Part shown: positions 8,960 to 17,394 of the stretch, piece after piece
Numbering within the stretch: position 1 is the stretch's first letter
How the letters are laid out: every line of letters starts with the position of its first letter
Position numbers and translations under genes: made by a program
IMG/VR virus record: IMGVR_UViG_3300049019_000012
Location: 1-49,451 of that record
Length of the DNA stretch: 49,451 nt
Strand: one strand, 5' to 3'
DNA from: a virus
Lineage: Duplodnaviria; Caudoviricetes
The notes under the pieces: generated by a model
Told to the model about the DNA's origin: nothing
Database searches by the model: none
The model's input: only the letters and a program-made list of their open reading frames with translations

Positions 8960-9770
8960 TCGCTATCTCCCCGCGTTGCCGGGATTTGGCCGCCGCATTT
9001 CTGCATCGGCTCAGGCTCGTTTGCGCCCAGTCCTATCTGGAAAGTGGCGCGGTTGGCTGTGGTGCAGGAATCGAACCTGCTGAAGTCGCTGGGGCCTTGC
9101 TCGTTCTACCCGAATCGCCTTGCGCGTCCGCTTGGCGCTAACCACACGGCTGGCGACTTCCATGCTTGTCTGGCTACTGGACCGGCATTATCCGGTTCGC
9201 TGCGCACCAGGGCAGAAATCGCCATGCGTGTGGCGACTGGTTGAGCCAGTCAGGCTTGTGGTGGGCCGGGTCGCAACCGGCTAAGTTTCCAGCATGCTGG
9301 GCTAGTCCTTTCGGGATGCACACCACACGACTGCTGACTGGACTATCGGATACAATCGCCACTGGTTCGCATCAGTGAACTGCCCTCGGCACGATTGCTT
9401 GCGCTCCGCTGCGCTCATCCAATCAGCATGCGTGTGGTGCCTGTCTTTCCAGGCTGTCATGCCTGCCCACACCAGCTGGGCCACTGCCTTACGGCTTGCG
9501 CCGCGTCACGGATTCGAACCGCGTCCTTTACCAAATCTCGGCAAGCGAGCTGGAATCGAACCAGCATGCTCTGTCGGGCTTTCGCCCATGTTCTAGCCGG
9601 TTACGTAATCCGGCACTGGCTTTTACAGTCGTTCGCGCCCCTGCCTGTCTATTCCAGGCTGTCTTCACATGCCGCCGAAGCGGCCCGCAGTGCGACAGGC
9701 AGGGATAAGAGGCCGCTACATTTCCCCTGCATGCTCAAGGATCGTTTCCGAACGGTGGCGAGCAAGAAAC
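8960..9770 (-). ncRNA. Putative structured non-coding RNA array with tRNA-like modules
   Basis: No convincing ORF; T-arm-like hairpins at 9549-9565, 9507-9523, 9265-9281 and 9064-9080; repeated long stems; extended -10 TGgCATAAT near 9774-9782. Confidence 0.6.
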
Positions 9771-9782
9771 CAAATTATGCCA

Positions 9783-11030
9783 TCACGCAGCAATCTTGTG
9801 TTGTTGTTTCTTCACAACGTTGCGTTCAAACCACTTTTCCCACTTCTTCATGGCTTCGCGCATCTGCGGCAAATAGTCGGCGTGGTCGTAATGCTTGCCG
9901 CCAGTGTCGCCGCGTGCGTGTTGCTGGATCAAGTCGCGCGTGAACCTGTCCACGCCTGCGCCGTCGCCCATGCGTGATTTCCATGTGCGGCGCAAGTCGC
10001 GGGCCTGGAAGGGCGCGCAGCAGTCCAGCGATGCGATGTGATGCGACACGGCCAGGAAGCCCATGCGGTCGGCCTTCGATCCTGTGCGCGCCGGGAACAG
10101 CGGGCCGTCGCCGTGCCAACGCTTCAGGCGTTTGAAAATCTCGTTCGCCTGGGCGGGCAGGGGGATGAAGTGCGGTTTCTTCCGGCCCTTCGTCTTGTGT
10201 GCTGGAATGGTCCACAGCGCGCGCTTCGTATCGACTTCGCAGCCGTCCACCTTGATGGTTTCCTGCACACGCTGGCCGCACAGCATCACCAGGCGCGCGC
10301 AGTCGCCCGATCCTTCATCCGTCAGCGATTCCCACACGGCGGCCATTTCTTCGGGCGACAGGTTGCGGCTGCGTTCCTTGCTCGCGCGCTTGTCCTTCGG
10401 CACGGCCATCACAGGGTTCACCAGAATGCCCCAGTCGTATGTCACGTCCTGGGTGTAGTCGTTCGTGGACTTCATCGCCCAGCCGAACGCTGACGACATG
10501 TAGGTGCGCTGGATGTCTGCCGTGCGCAGCGCGCCACGCTTGGCTGCTGCCGTCAGCGGCACGCGAATGTCCGATGGCGTCACGTCGCCCGCCAGCTTGC
10601 TGCGGCCCAGCTGGTCGGCTGCGTTGAACTTGCCCGTCAGCAGAACGTTTTCGACGTGGCCAGCTGAACCAGCGTCGCGTGCCTTCAGGTGCGCAACGTA
10701 TTTCTTGAACAGGTTTTCGACAGTCGGCACTTCGCCGATGAATTCAATTGCGGCTTTCGGCTTCGATGACGACTTGACCAGCGGCCTGATGTCGTCGCCG
10801 AACTTCGTCCTGGCGTCGGCAAGGGTCATATCCGGGTATCGGCCCAGCTGCTTTTTGCCGCGCTCGCCTGCCTTCTTCCAGTGTGCAAACCAGATGGCAT
10901 TCACGCCCGCGCTGGTCCTGCGGATGCGCAGCCGCAGACTTCCTTCGCCCTTGTTGCGGTTGCCGTCGTTAAGCACAGTTTCGCCCTGGCAGTCGCGGAT
11001 TGCGGCATCAATTTGGGTTTTCGTCAGCAC
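9783..11030 (-). CDS. int: Tyrosine integrase with N-terminal arm-binding domain
   Basis: LGRYPDMTLADAR arm domain; catalytic R (GQRVQE), K (KTK), RDLRR, H (QQHAR), Y (KHY); next to att sites. Confidence 0.93.
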   Translation of the reverse strand: MLTKTQIDAAIRDCQGETVLNDGNRNKGEGSLRLRIRRTSAGVNAIWFAHWKKAGERGKKQLGRYPDMTLADARTKFGDDIRPLVKSSSKPKAAIEFIGEVPTVENLFKKYVAHLKARDAGSAGHVENVLLTGKFNAADQLGRSKLAGDVTPSDIRVPLTAAAKRGALRTADIQRTYMSSAFGWAMKSTNDYTQDVTYDWGILVNPVMAVPKDKRASKERSRNLSPEEMAAVWESLTDEGSGDCARLVMLCGQRVQETIKVDGCEVDTKRALWTIPAHKTKGRKKPHFIPLPAQANEIFKRLKRWHGDGPLFPARTGSKADRMGFLAVSHHIASLDCCAPFQARDLRRTWKSRMGDGAGVDRFTRDLIQQHARGDTGGKHYDHADYLPQMREAMKKWEKWFERNVVKKQQHKIAA

Positions 11031-11056
11031 GCCTTTGCCCCTCGTTTATTGGTTTC

Positions 11057-11336
11057 CAGGGTGCCCTACAGGGTGCCCCAGGCGGTCAAGTGACCGGCCT
11101 TTGAAGCATTTACAGTTTTGCCGCTGCGGGTCAAATTCGCGTTGTGGATCAACGGGATGCGATTGCTTCAGGTGATGCGCAATTATACCCGATTATAGGG
11201 CGCAAGCAGCCTTCCAAGCTGAGGACGGCGGTTCGATTCCGCTCACCCGCTCCAGTAAATGATTTGCAGTGACAATTAGTTATTGGAAGTCTTCAGCTTC
11301 GAAGCTGAATACGTCAGGGTGCCCTCTAGGGTGCAC
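11057..11336 (+). other. attP-1: arm repeats flanking the 3' half of tRNA-Gly(TCC)
   Basis: CAGGGTGCCC at 11057, 11069 and 11315, TAGGGTGCAC at 11327; core 11207-11254 CAGCCTTCCAAGCTGA...GTTCGATTCC...CACCCGCTCCA. Confidence 0.85.
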
Positions 11337-11412
11337 TACAACCGTAGTCACTGCGTCACAGGCACTTCTTGAATTTTTGCGATGCACTTTGTGGGAACGT
11401 TTTCCACAAATT

Positions 11413-11438
11413 AAAAAGCCGCCTCAGTGGGCGGCTTT
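11413..11438 (-). terminator. Intrinsic terminator after the methyltransferase
   Basis: AAAGCCGCC/GGCGGCTTT hairpin with T-run on minus strand. Confidence 0.7.
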
Positions 11439-11458
11439 CTGTTGACAATGGAAACGAA

Positions 11459-12298
11459 TCAAGCCGCGAATTCGGCGGAAGGCGTGTTGTCGTTCGCTGG
11501 CGTAGGAAGTGCGAGCGGTATGCGCCGCTTCGCAATCTCCATGTAGTCGTCGCTAATTTCGATCCCTACGAACTGGCGTCCATGTGCAACGGCCATCTTG
11601 CCGGTGGTGCCGCTGCCCATGAACGGGTCCAGCACAAGTTCGCCAGGATTTGACCAGCTTAGGATGTGGTCACGCGCCAGGGCTTCGGGAAAGATCGCTG
11701 GATGTTCATACGCCAACCTGTCTGACGCCGACGCGCCGCCGCTGACGATATATGTCCAAACGTTCTGCTTCTTCACTACTTCCTTGATCGGCACTTCCTT
11801 TTTGGTGAACTCGCCTTCTGTGTTGCGATTTACGGCGCGGAACCGAGTAGTGCGCTTGTCGTTCCACTTGTTGCGGCGCGGCACTTCGATGGCGTTCAGC
11901 CTAGGTGCTCCCTTGCTGAACACGAACATGAATTCAAACGCCTGGTAATAGCGCGTCGCGCCGCCGACTGGTGCGGGATTGTCTTTGTGATAAATCATGG
12001 TGTCGTGCAGGTTGAAGCCACACTGCATGAAGAACAGCGCCTGCTTGAACGATGTGCCTGTTTCGCTGCCGTTCACGGTTGCATCACCGACAACCCATAC
12101 GACAACGCCGCCGTGTTTCGTGACGCGGTACAGTTCGCGTGCGATGGTTTCAAAGTCGAAGTGGAAGCCGTTGTATGTGCGTAGGTTGTCGTATGGCGGG
12201 CTGGTCACGGTCAGGTCGATGCTGTCGCTTTCCAGAGTTTGAAGAACCTGCGCGCTGTCTCCCAGGTGAAGTTTGAAATTGTCGTTCGCGGGCGTCAT
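11459..12298 (-). CDS. Beta-class N4-cytosine/N6-adenine DNA methyltransferase (orphan)
   Basis: TSPPY before HPAIFP and VLDPFMGSGTT; likely start MTPANDN at 12298. Confidence 0.92.
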   Translation of the reverse strand: MTPANDNFKLHLGDSAQVLQTLESDSIDLTVTSPPYDNLRTYNGFHFDFETIARELYRVTKHGGVVVWVVGDATVNGSETGTSFKQALFFMQCGFNLHDTMIYHKDNPAPVGGATRYYQAFEFMFVFSKGAPRLNAIEVPRRNKWNDKRTTRFRAVNRNTEGEFTKKEVPIKEVVKKQNVWTYIVSGGASASDRLAYEHPAIFPEALARDHILSWSNPGELVLDPFMGSGTTGKMAVAHGRQFVGIEISDDYMEIAKRRIPLALPTPANDNTPSAEFAA

Positions 12299-12422
12299 TT
12301 CGTTTCCAAGTCGAGTTAAAGAAACTCGATTCTCGCACACAACGATTCGTTGTGGAATGTTATTTGTACATCTTTTGCGTTCACGCAACTTCACGCGGCA
12401 TCATGCATGCTGAAATTGATTC

Positions 12423-12687
12423 CAGGGTGCCCCTCAGGGTGCCCTACGAGGGAAAGTGACCCATCATTGATGCGTAAGGGTTTTTCTCGATTTTCGACGT
12501 TTTCTGCTGTTGAGCCAACGGGTTAGGATGGTCGCCCGTGAGTTGCAATGATGTAGCGTGACTACTTCAATTCAGCCTTCCAAGCTGAATACGAGGGTTC
12601 GATTCCCTTCACCCGCTCCAATAAAATCAATGACTTACAGCGCAAATTGCTTGATGCTTAAAACTCGGGGTGCCCCACAGGGTGCCC
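12423..12687 (+). other. attP-2: arm repeats flanking the 3' half of tRNA-Gly(TCC), with an IHF site
   Basis: CAGGGTGCCC at 12423, 12435 and 12678, CGGGGTGCCC at 12666; core 12573-12620; AATCAATGACTTA (12625-12637) matches IHF consensus WATCAANNNNTTR. Confidence 0.87.
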
Positions 12688-12731
12688 CGCCAGGAAAGTA
12701 ATCACGTCGCGTCGTCCGCAATAATAATGTG

Positions 12732-13763
12732 TCACTCCGCTTCATCCTCGACAGCAGCGCCGCCTTCGGTCGGCGTTTCCGCTTCCAGGTCGCACACGTA
12801 GCCGCCTGACTTGTCCAGCCGGTGCGCGACGCGCGTCACGATCCATTCGCCGTCAACGCCATCACGGAATCCGATCATGGTCAGCGGGCTTTCGGCTGCT
12901 GCGTCTGGTCGTCCAGGCATCGTCAGTGACAGCGTGGATTTCTTGCGGTCGCGCTTCGCCAGTTCGGCCTTCGCGGCGGCCAGCGCCATGTCCTGCGTCG
13001 GGAAATAGCGTTTCATCCTGGTGACGGGTTCGCCGCTGCCCACCTTCACTTCGTGGCGCTTGGCCTGCTTCACCTTGTGGTAATAGGCCACGACGGTGCC
13101 GGAACTCTCGCGCGCGGTTTCGGTGACACGGAAGCGCGAAACGTCGTCGTTCGACGTGATCGACAAGCTGGCCAGCGCCTGGCCGCCTACAGACTTCGAT
13201 TCGCCGCGCTTGGCCAGCACCAGCTTCCCGTTCGCAGGCTTCACGATGGCGTCGTAGTTCTTCCCGATGCGCACCAGCATGTTCAAGTCGCTTTCGTCGG
13301 ACTGGTCGATGTGCGGCAGCGTGATTGATTTCAGCGACGCGGCCACGGCTGGTTCCATGCCGTGTTCCTTCGCGATCTTCGAAACCATGTCGCCCAGCTT
13401 CGTGTTCGACGGCCAGCTGCGTGTCTTCTGGCTCTGCAGGTTCGCTTTGCCCTTCGGCGTCTTGTCGAAGATAGCGCCGCGTGCGCGGATCACCATTTGG
13501 CTTGGCCAGCCGCTGTATTCAATCTCGTCCACCACGAACATGCCCATGGGCTGCGCTTCGCCGTCGTAGCCAAGCGACACTTGCAGTTCCGCGCCCTTCG
13601 GCGGTCGCTGTATCGGCTCGCCGCTGTCGTCCAGCACGATTTCCAGCATGTCGGACGTGATGCCGGTTTCGTCCGTCAGGTTCATGGAAATGAAGCGCGA
13701 AGCAATGGCTTCCGTGATGTCGGAATCGTTCGCCACGACTTTGAACGTAGGCATCAATCCCAT
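12732..13763 (-). CDS. P2 gpD-like baseplate hub/late control protein
   Basis: SDMLEIVLDD, IDQSDESDLNMLVR motifs; synteny after gpX. Confidence 0.85.
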   Translation of the reverse strand: MGLMPTFKVVANDSDITEAIASRFISMNLTDETGITSDMLEIVLDDSGEPIQRPPKGAELQVSLGYDGEAQPMGMFVVDEIEYSGWPSQMVIRARGAIFDKTPKGKANLQSQKTRSWPSNTKLGDMVSKIAKEHGMEPAVAASLKSITLPHIDQSDESDLNMLVRIGKNYDAIVKPANGKLVLAKRGESKSVGGQALASLSITSNDDVSRFRVTETARESSGTVVAYYHKVKQAKRHEVKVGSGEPVTRMKRYFPTQDMALAAAKAELAKRDRKKSTLSLTMPGRPDAAAESPLTMIGFRDGVDGEWIVTRVAHRLDKSGGYVCDLEAETPTEGGAAVEDEAE

Positions 13764-13963
13764 AGCTTCAGCCCAGCCTTGACGGTTGGCGCTTCCAGCG
13801 TCGGCAGTTCGATGTTCAGGCCAGGCGGCAGACCAGGACCGTGTTCGGCCAGGCCAGGGTTTGCGGCCAACACCTGTTCGACCGTGCGATTGTCCTGCGA
13901 GCCGTAGAACTTCCAGGCGATGTAATCGACGGTTTCGCCCGCCCGCGTTGTGTAGGTAGCCAT
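13754..13963 (-). CDS. P2 gpX-like tail protein
   Basis: YTTRAGETVDYIAWKFYG...VLAANPGLA. Confidence 0.88.
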   Translation of the reverse strand: MATYTTRAGETVDYIAWKFYGSQDNRTVEQVLAANPGLAEHGPGLPPGLNIELPTLEAPTVKAGLKLWD

Positions 13964-14847
13964 CAGCCGATCTTCTTCAGTACGGATTGCGCGCTGGTGC
14001 GGACGCTCACGGCCAGCACGTTCACGCGGTTGATATCGATCATCGCATTGCGCACTGCGCTTGCCGCCGCCTGGTCAGCGATGTTCGCCAGCTTCAGCAC
14101 GCCAGACGCAGCGCCAGCTGCTCGCGACACTTCAGCACCGACGTGCACCAGGCTGTTCATGGCGCTTGGAATGCTCGCAATCGAATTCACGTTTCCGAGC
14201 ATGCGCGCCGCGTCGCTGCCAGCGTTCTGCAGGCGCTTGGCCGTGTTCAGGCCATTGCGTACAGCCGCATTGATGCTGGACGCCTGCGCGCCGATTGCGC
14301 CCGCCATGCCGGCGATTGTGGATACGGCACTGGTCAGGCTTGACACAAGGCTGGTTGTGCCTTTGGCGGCAGATGAAGCCGCCTGTGTCGCGCTCGACAG
14401 CGTGCTGGGAACTGGAATGGCGCTGGTAATCACGGCGATTGCGCCGCCGAAGTCCTGGCCGTCGTCCTGGTAGCGGCGCAGGCTTAATGTGAATTCCTGT
14501 TTCAGCGCGACGCCCTGCGGCCCGAAGATGGTCCCGCGTTCTTCGACTTCTTCGATTACCCACTGGCCCAGCATGTTGCCGCGCCCGTCGATCAACGTTT
14601 GCGGCTCCAGCTGTTCTGCCAGGCTGCGCAGGTCGTTCAGCTGCTCGGTGCCGCTGAAGAATTCTGGATAGACCACGCCAGGCAGCGAAATCGTGTCCGT
14701 GCCGTAGCCGGTAGCCTGCAGCGCATCGTCCTTGCCGAAGCGCTCATTGCTCGCCCATTTGTATGCAGTCCTGCGCTGGATTTCCTGGTAGGCGGCAGTG
14801 GTGATACCAAAGCCGAAGGAACCCAGGCGCATCATGATGTCGCTCAT
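13963..14847 (-). CDS. P2 gpU-like tail protein with long Ala/Ser-rich C-terminal extension
   Basis: MMRLGSFGF...ISLPGVVYP...GQWVI...EFTLSLRRY, then ~165 extra residues. Confidence 0.8.
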   Translation of the reverse strand: MSDIMMRLGSFGFGITTAAYQEIQRRTAYKWASNERFGKDDALQATGYGTDTISLPGVVYPEFFSGTEQLNDLRSLAEQLEPQTLIDGRGNMLGQWVIEEVEERGTIFGPQGVALKQEFTLSLRRYQDDGQDFGGAIAVITSAIPVPSTLSSATQAASSAAKGTTSLVSSLTSAVSTIAGMAGAIGAQASSINAAVRNGLNTAKRLQNAGSDAARMLGNVNSIASIPSAMNSLVHVGAEVSRAAGAASGVLKLANIADQAAASAVRNAMIDINRVNVLAVSVRTSAQSVLKKIG

Positions 14848-14850
14848 GGT

Positions 14851-16947
14851 TTAATGGTCCGTAAGTGATCCACGCTGCTGCACAGCGGCGTCGCGCTTCA
14901 TCATGTCGGCGATACGTCGCGCCAGCTGCTCTGTCGATTCGCCAGGCTGCTGCGTGATGTTGAATTCGTTGTTGTTCGTGACTGGTGCAGCACCAGCAGC
15001 GCCAGCGCCAGCGCCTCGCAGTGCAGGCAGCTGCCCGTTCGAACGCAGGTATTCCGTTTCCGCCGCAATGCGCTTTGCCTGCGCTTCGTTTGCCATGTTC
15101 GACAAGCCGATGAAGCCGCCCACGCCTTCGATGCCGCGCGCCGTGCCGGATTCGGCCTTTTGCCACCAGTTCATCTTCGACCAGTTTGTATCGTCCTGCT
15201 TCTGGTCGATGGCCTTGCCGCCCACGCCGAACTTGCCAGCGGCATAGTCGGCGGCGTTCGCCACGGCCAGCAGCCCAATGGCCACCTTAGCCATTCTGGC
15301 CAGCGCGCCGCCCGTCGTGGTCGCGGCGACGCCCTGCGCCGTTATGGCGGTCGTCTGCGCGGCGATGGCGGTAGTAGATGCGACAGCTGCAGCCGCCGTG
15401 CGCAGCTGGATTGCAGCGTACAGGCTCATGCCGCCAGCCGCTACGGTGATAACCGGCCCCAGCACAACCAGCGCAGCGCCCAGGCCAGTGATGCCGACAG
15501 CGGCAACCTTTACCAGCGTGCCGTGCTTCTCTGCGAACTCGTTGAAAGTCTTCAGCGCGTCCGCGCCTTTTTCAAGCGCGGCGGTGTACAGCGGCAGGAT
15601 TTCGTTGCCCATGCGCAGCTTGGCATCAGCCAGCTTAGCTTCGGCTTCCAGTTCTTTGCCGCTGGCGCTGTTCTTGCCTTCCTTGTCCAGCTGGTCGATG
15701 TTCTGCGCGCCCTTGTTGCGAGCCGATGCGCGGTGGATGTTTTCGCGCTGGCGATACATTTCAGCCAGGAACGAACCGCCTACGCTGTTCGACACAATCA
15801 TGCCGATGGTGTCGATTACCTGCTTTTCGTCGGTGATGCCCTTTTTGGCCAACTGCGGTAGCAAAACCTTTTCCATCCATTCGAACGGATTTGCGCGGAA
15901 CAGGTCGGACCCAAGCAGCGCGCCTGGCTCCATGCTCGATACCTGGCCCGCCTTGTCGTGCTTTACTTTGGTTTTGTCGCCGATCAGGCCGAAGCGCTCC
16001 AGGTTCAGCACGGAACGCTTTTTGGAAACGCCCTGGTACAGCGACTTGTACAGCGAATTCAGGCCGGTGCCTGCGCGGTCACCGCCCATTTCCTGCACCA
16101 GGTGCTCGAACGTGTAGAACAGCGCTTCGCTGTCCATGCTCTTGCCTGCCAGGCCGCCAGTGGCCAGCATGTGCCGCCACTCGGTCGCGCTGACGCGGCC
16201 ACCAGTGGCGCTGATGACTTGCTGGATTATGTTCGCCTGCTTGCTGAATTCCGCTTCGGATTTCAGGCCGCCGCGTGTCTCGATCACTTTCAGCATATCC
16301 ATGAACTGCTGGCTGTTCTGCTCGCCGCGCTCGTTGCCGAATACCGCCTTGTTCGCGAACTTCATTTTCGCCATCAGCGGCGCGACCATTTCGGCGTGGT
16401 GCAGGTCGGCAAACACGCTCAGGCCGTCGCGCATCAGTTCCAGGTTTTCCAGCTGGCTGGTGCCGAACGTCTTCATGTCCTTGGAAAACTTGTACGCCTG
16501 TTCGTTGGTCGCCGCGCCCATGCCCAGCGCGGCAACGCGCGCCTGTTCGGTTTGGTAGTGCTTCGCTTCCTTGACGCCTGGCACAGCGGATGCGATCAGC
16601 GCGCCACCCGCGACGGTTACGCCGACTCCCGCATTGCGCACCGTGCTTGCTCGCCCGTTGATGCGGGCGCTTTTGGCTTCCGCGTCAGCCAGTCGCTTCT
16701 GTGCGGCGCGCAGCTGGTCAACGGTCTTGATGGTGTCGGCGTACTTCTGGCGCAGGCCGTCCACGTTCTTGCCCATCTTGCCGAACGTGTTGATGCTGTC
16801 GCCCAGCAGGCGCTGGCGCTTGTCCAGGTCGCGAAGGGTATTGCCCAGGCCGCGCATCATCGACGTGGTGGAGCCGACAGCAGCACGCAGTGTGCTGCTG
16901 ACGGTCCCGCCGATGGTGATCGTAGTGTTTAAACGCTTATTTGCCAT
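14851..16947 (-). CDS. Tape measure protein
   Basis: Long Ala/Gly-rich helical protein with hydrophobic segment, after tail chaperones. Confidence 0.85.
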   Translation of the reverse strand: MANKRLNTTITIGGTVSSTLRAAVGSTTSMMRGLGNTLRDLDKRQRLLGDSINTFGKMGKNVDGLRQKYADTIKTVDQLRAAQKRLADAEAKSARINGRASTVRNAGVGVTVAGGALIASAVPGVKEAKHYQTEQARVAALGMGAATNEQAYKFSKDMKTFGTSQLENLELMRDGLSVFADLHHAEMVAPLMAKMKFANKAVFGNERGEQNSQQFMDMLKVIETRGGLKSEAEFSKQANIIQQVISATGGRVSATEWRHMLATGGLAGKSMDSEALFYTFEHLVQEMGGDRAGTGLNSLYKSLYQGVSKKRSVLNLERFGLIGDKTKVKHDKAGQVSSMEPGALLGSDLFRANPFEWMEKVLLPQLAKKGITDEKQVIDTIGMIVSNSVGGSFLAEMYRQRENIHRASARNKGAQNIDQLDKEGKNSASGKELEAEAKLADAKLRMGNEILPLYTAALEKGADALKTFNEFAEKHGTLVKVAAVGITGLGAALVVLGPVITVAAGGMSLYAAIQLRTAAAAVASTTAIAAQTTAITAQGVAATTTGGALARMAKVAIGLLAVANAADYAAGKFGVGGKAIDQKQDDTNWSKMNWWQKAESGTARGIEGVGGFIGLSNMANEAQAKRIAAETEYLRSNGQLPALRGAGAGAAGAAPVTNNNEFNITQQPGESTEQLARRIADMMKRDAAVQQRGSLTDH

Positions 16948-17083
16948 TCAATTTCGCGAGTCGATCAAGATAGTCCATAAACCGCGAAGTCGGCATGGCT
17001 AGAATTTCCGCTTCGGACCAGCTGGTGTACGATGCCAGCACCAGAATGCCATTAATGCAGCGGTCTTCGCTTAGTCGAAAAAA
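16937..17083 (-). CDS. gpE'-like -1 frameshift extension of tail chaperone
   Basis: Slippery T TTT TTC at 17083-17077; -1 frame reads FRLSEDRCINGILVLASYTSWSEAEILAMPTSRFMDYLDRLAKLNGK*. Confidence 0.8.
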   Translation of the reverse strand, partial: FFRLSEDRCINGILVLASYTSWSEAEILAMPTSRFMDYLDRLAKLNGK

Positions 17084-17343
17084 CCTTCGTAGGCCACCTG
17101 CAGCCGCGCGTAATCCTTCAGTGGCAGGCGGTCCAGGTCACTCGGTGCAAGCTCGCACAGGTTCTGGAAAATGTTGGCTTCGCGCTCGCCCATATCGGTG
17201 GTGTCCTTGAACGCAACGCGCTGGTCCTTCACGGTTGGTTCGCGCATGCGCAGTGCTTTCACCTTAGTGCCGCCCAGGTCGAAATCGCGGGACAGGGTAA
17301 TGTCTGCAAAGCCGTCGCCGTAAGTTACGTTTTTATTTTTCAT
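17071..17343 (-). CDS. Tail assembly chaperone (gpE-like)
   Basis: LRMREPTVKD...LPLKDYARLQ; between tube and tape measure. Confidence 0.85.
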   Translation of the reverse strand: MKNKNVTYGDGFADITLSRDFDLGGTKVKALRMREPTVKDQRVAFKDTTDMGEREANIFQNLCELAPSDLDRLPLKDYARLQVAYEGFFD

Positions 17344-17394
17344 GATGCCTCTGATGAATTAAATTGCTGGCCGCCGAAGCAGCCAGCCGGTCGA

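Noticed and set aside
9054-9147. Canonical tRNA gene
   Set aside because: Acceptor, D- and T-arm-like parts are present but there is no regular anticodon stem with U33; reported as tRNA-like only.
9360-9380. Hammerhead ribozyme core
   Set aside because: Minus strand reads CTGATGC rather than CTGATGA and no matching GAAA junction was found.
8878-9977. Overlapping ORFs across the structured region
   Set aside because: No RBS, no recognisable motifs and no coupling; hairpin density better explains the region.
11182-11197. Tandem minus-strand TATAAT boxes as an integration-switched int promoter
   Set aside because: No well-spaced -35, and the upstream bases would be replaced by near-identical tRNA sequence after integration.
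11459-12298. Restriction-modification system
   Set aside because: No adjacent endonuclease; orphan methyltransferase.
11207-12620. Two intact tRNA-Gly genes
   Set aside because: Both lack the 5' acceptor strand and D-arm; they are att cores.
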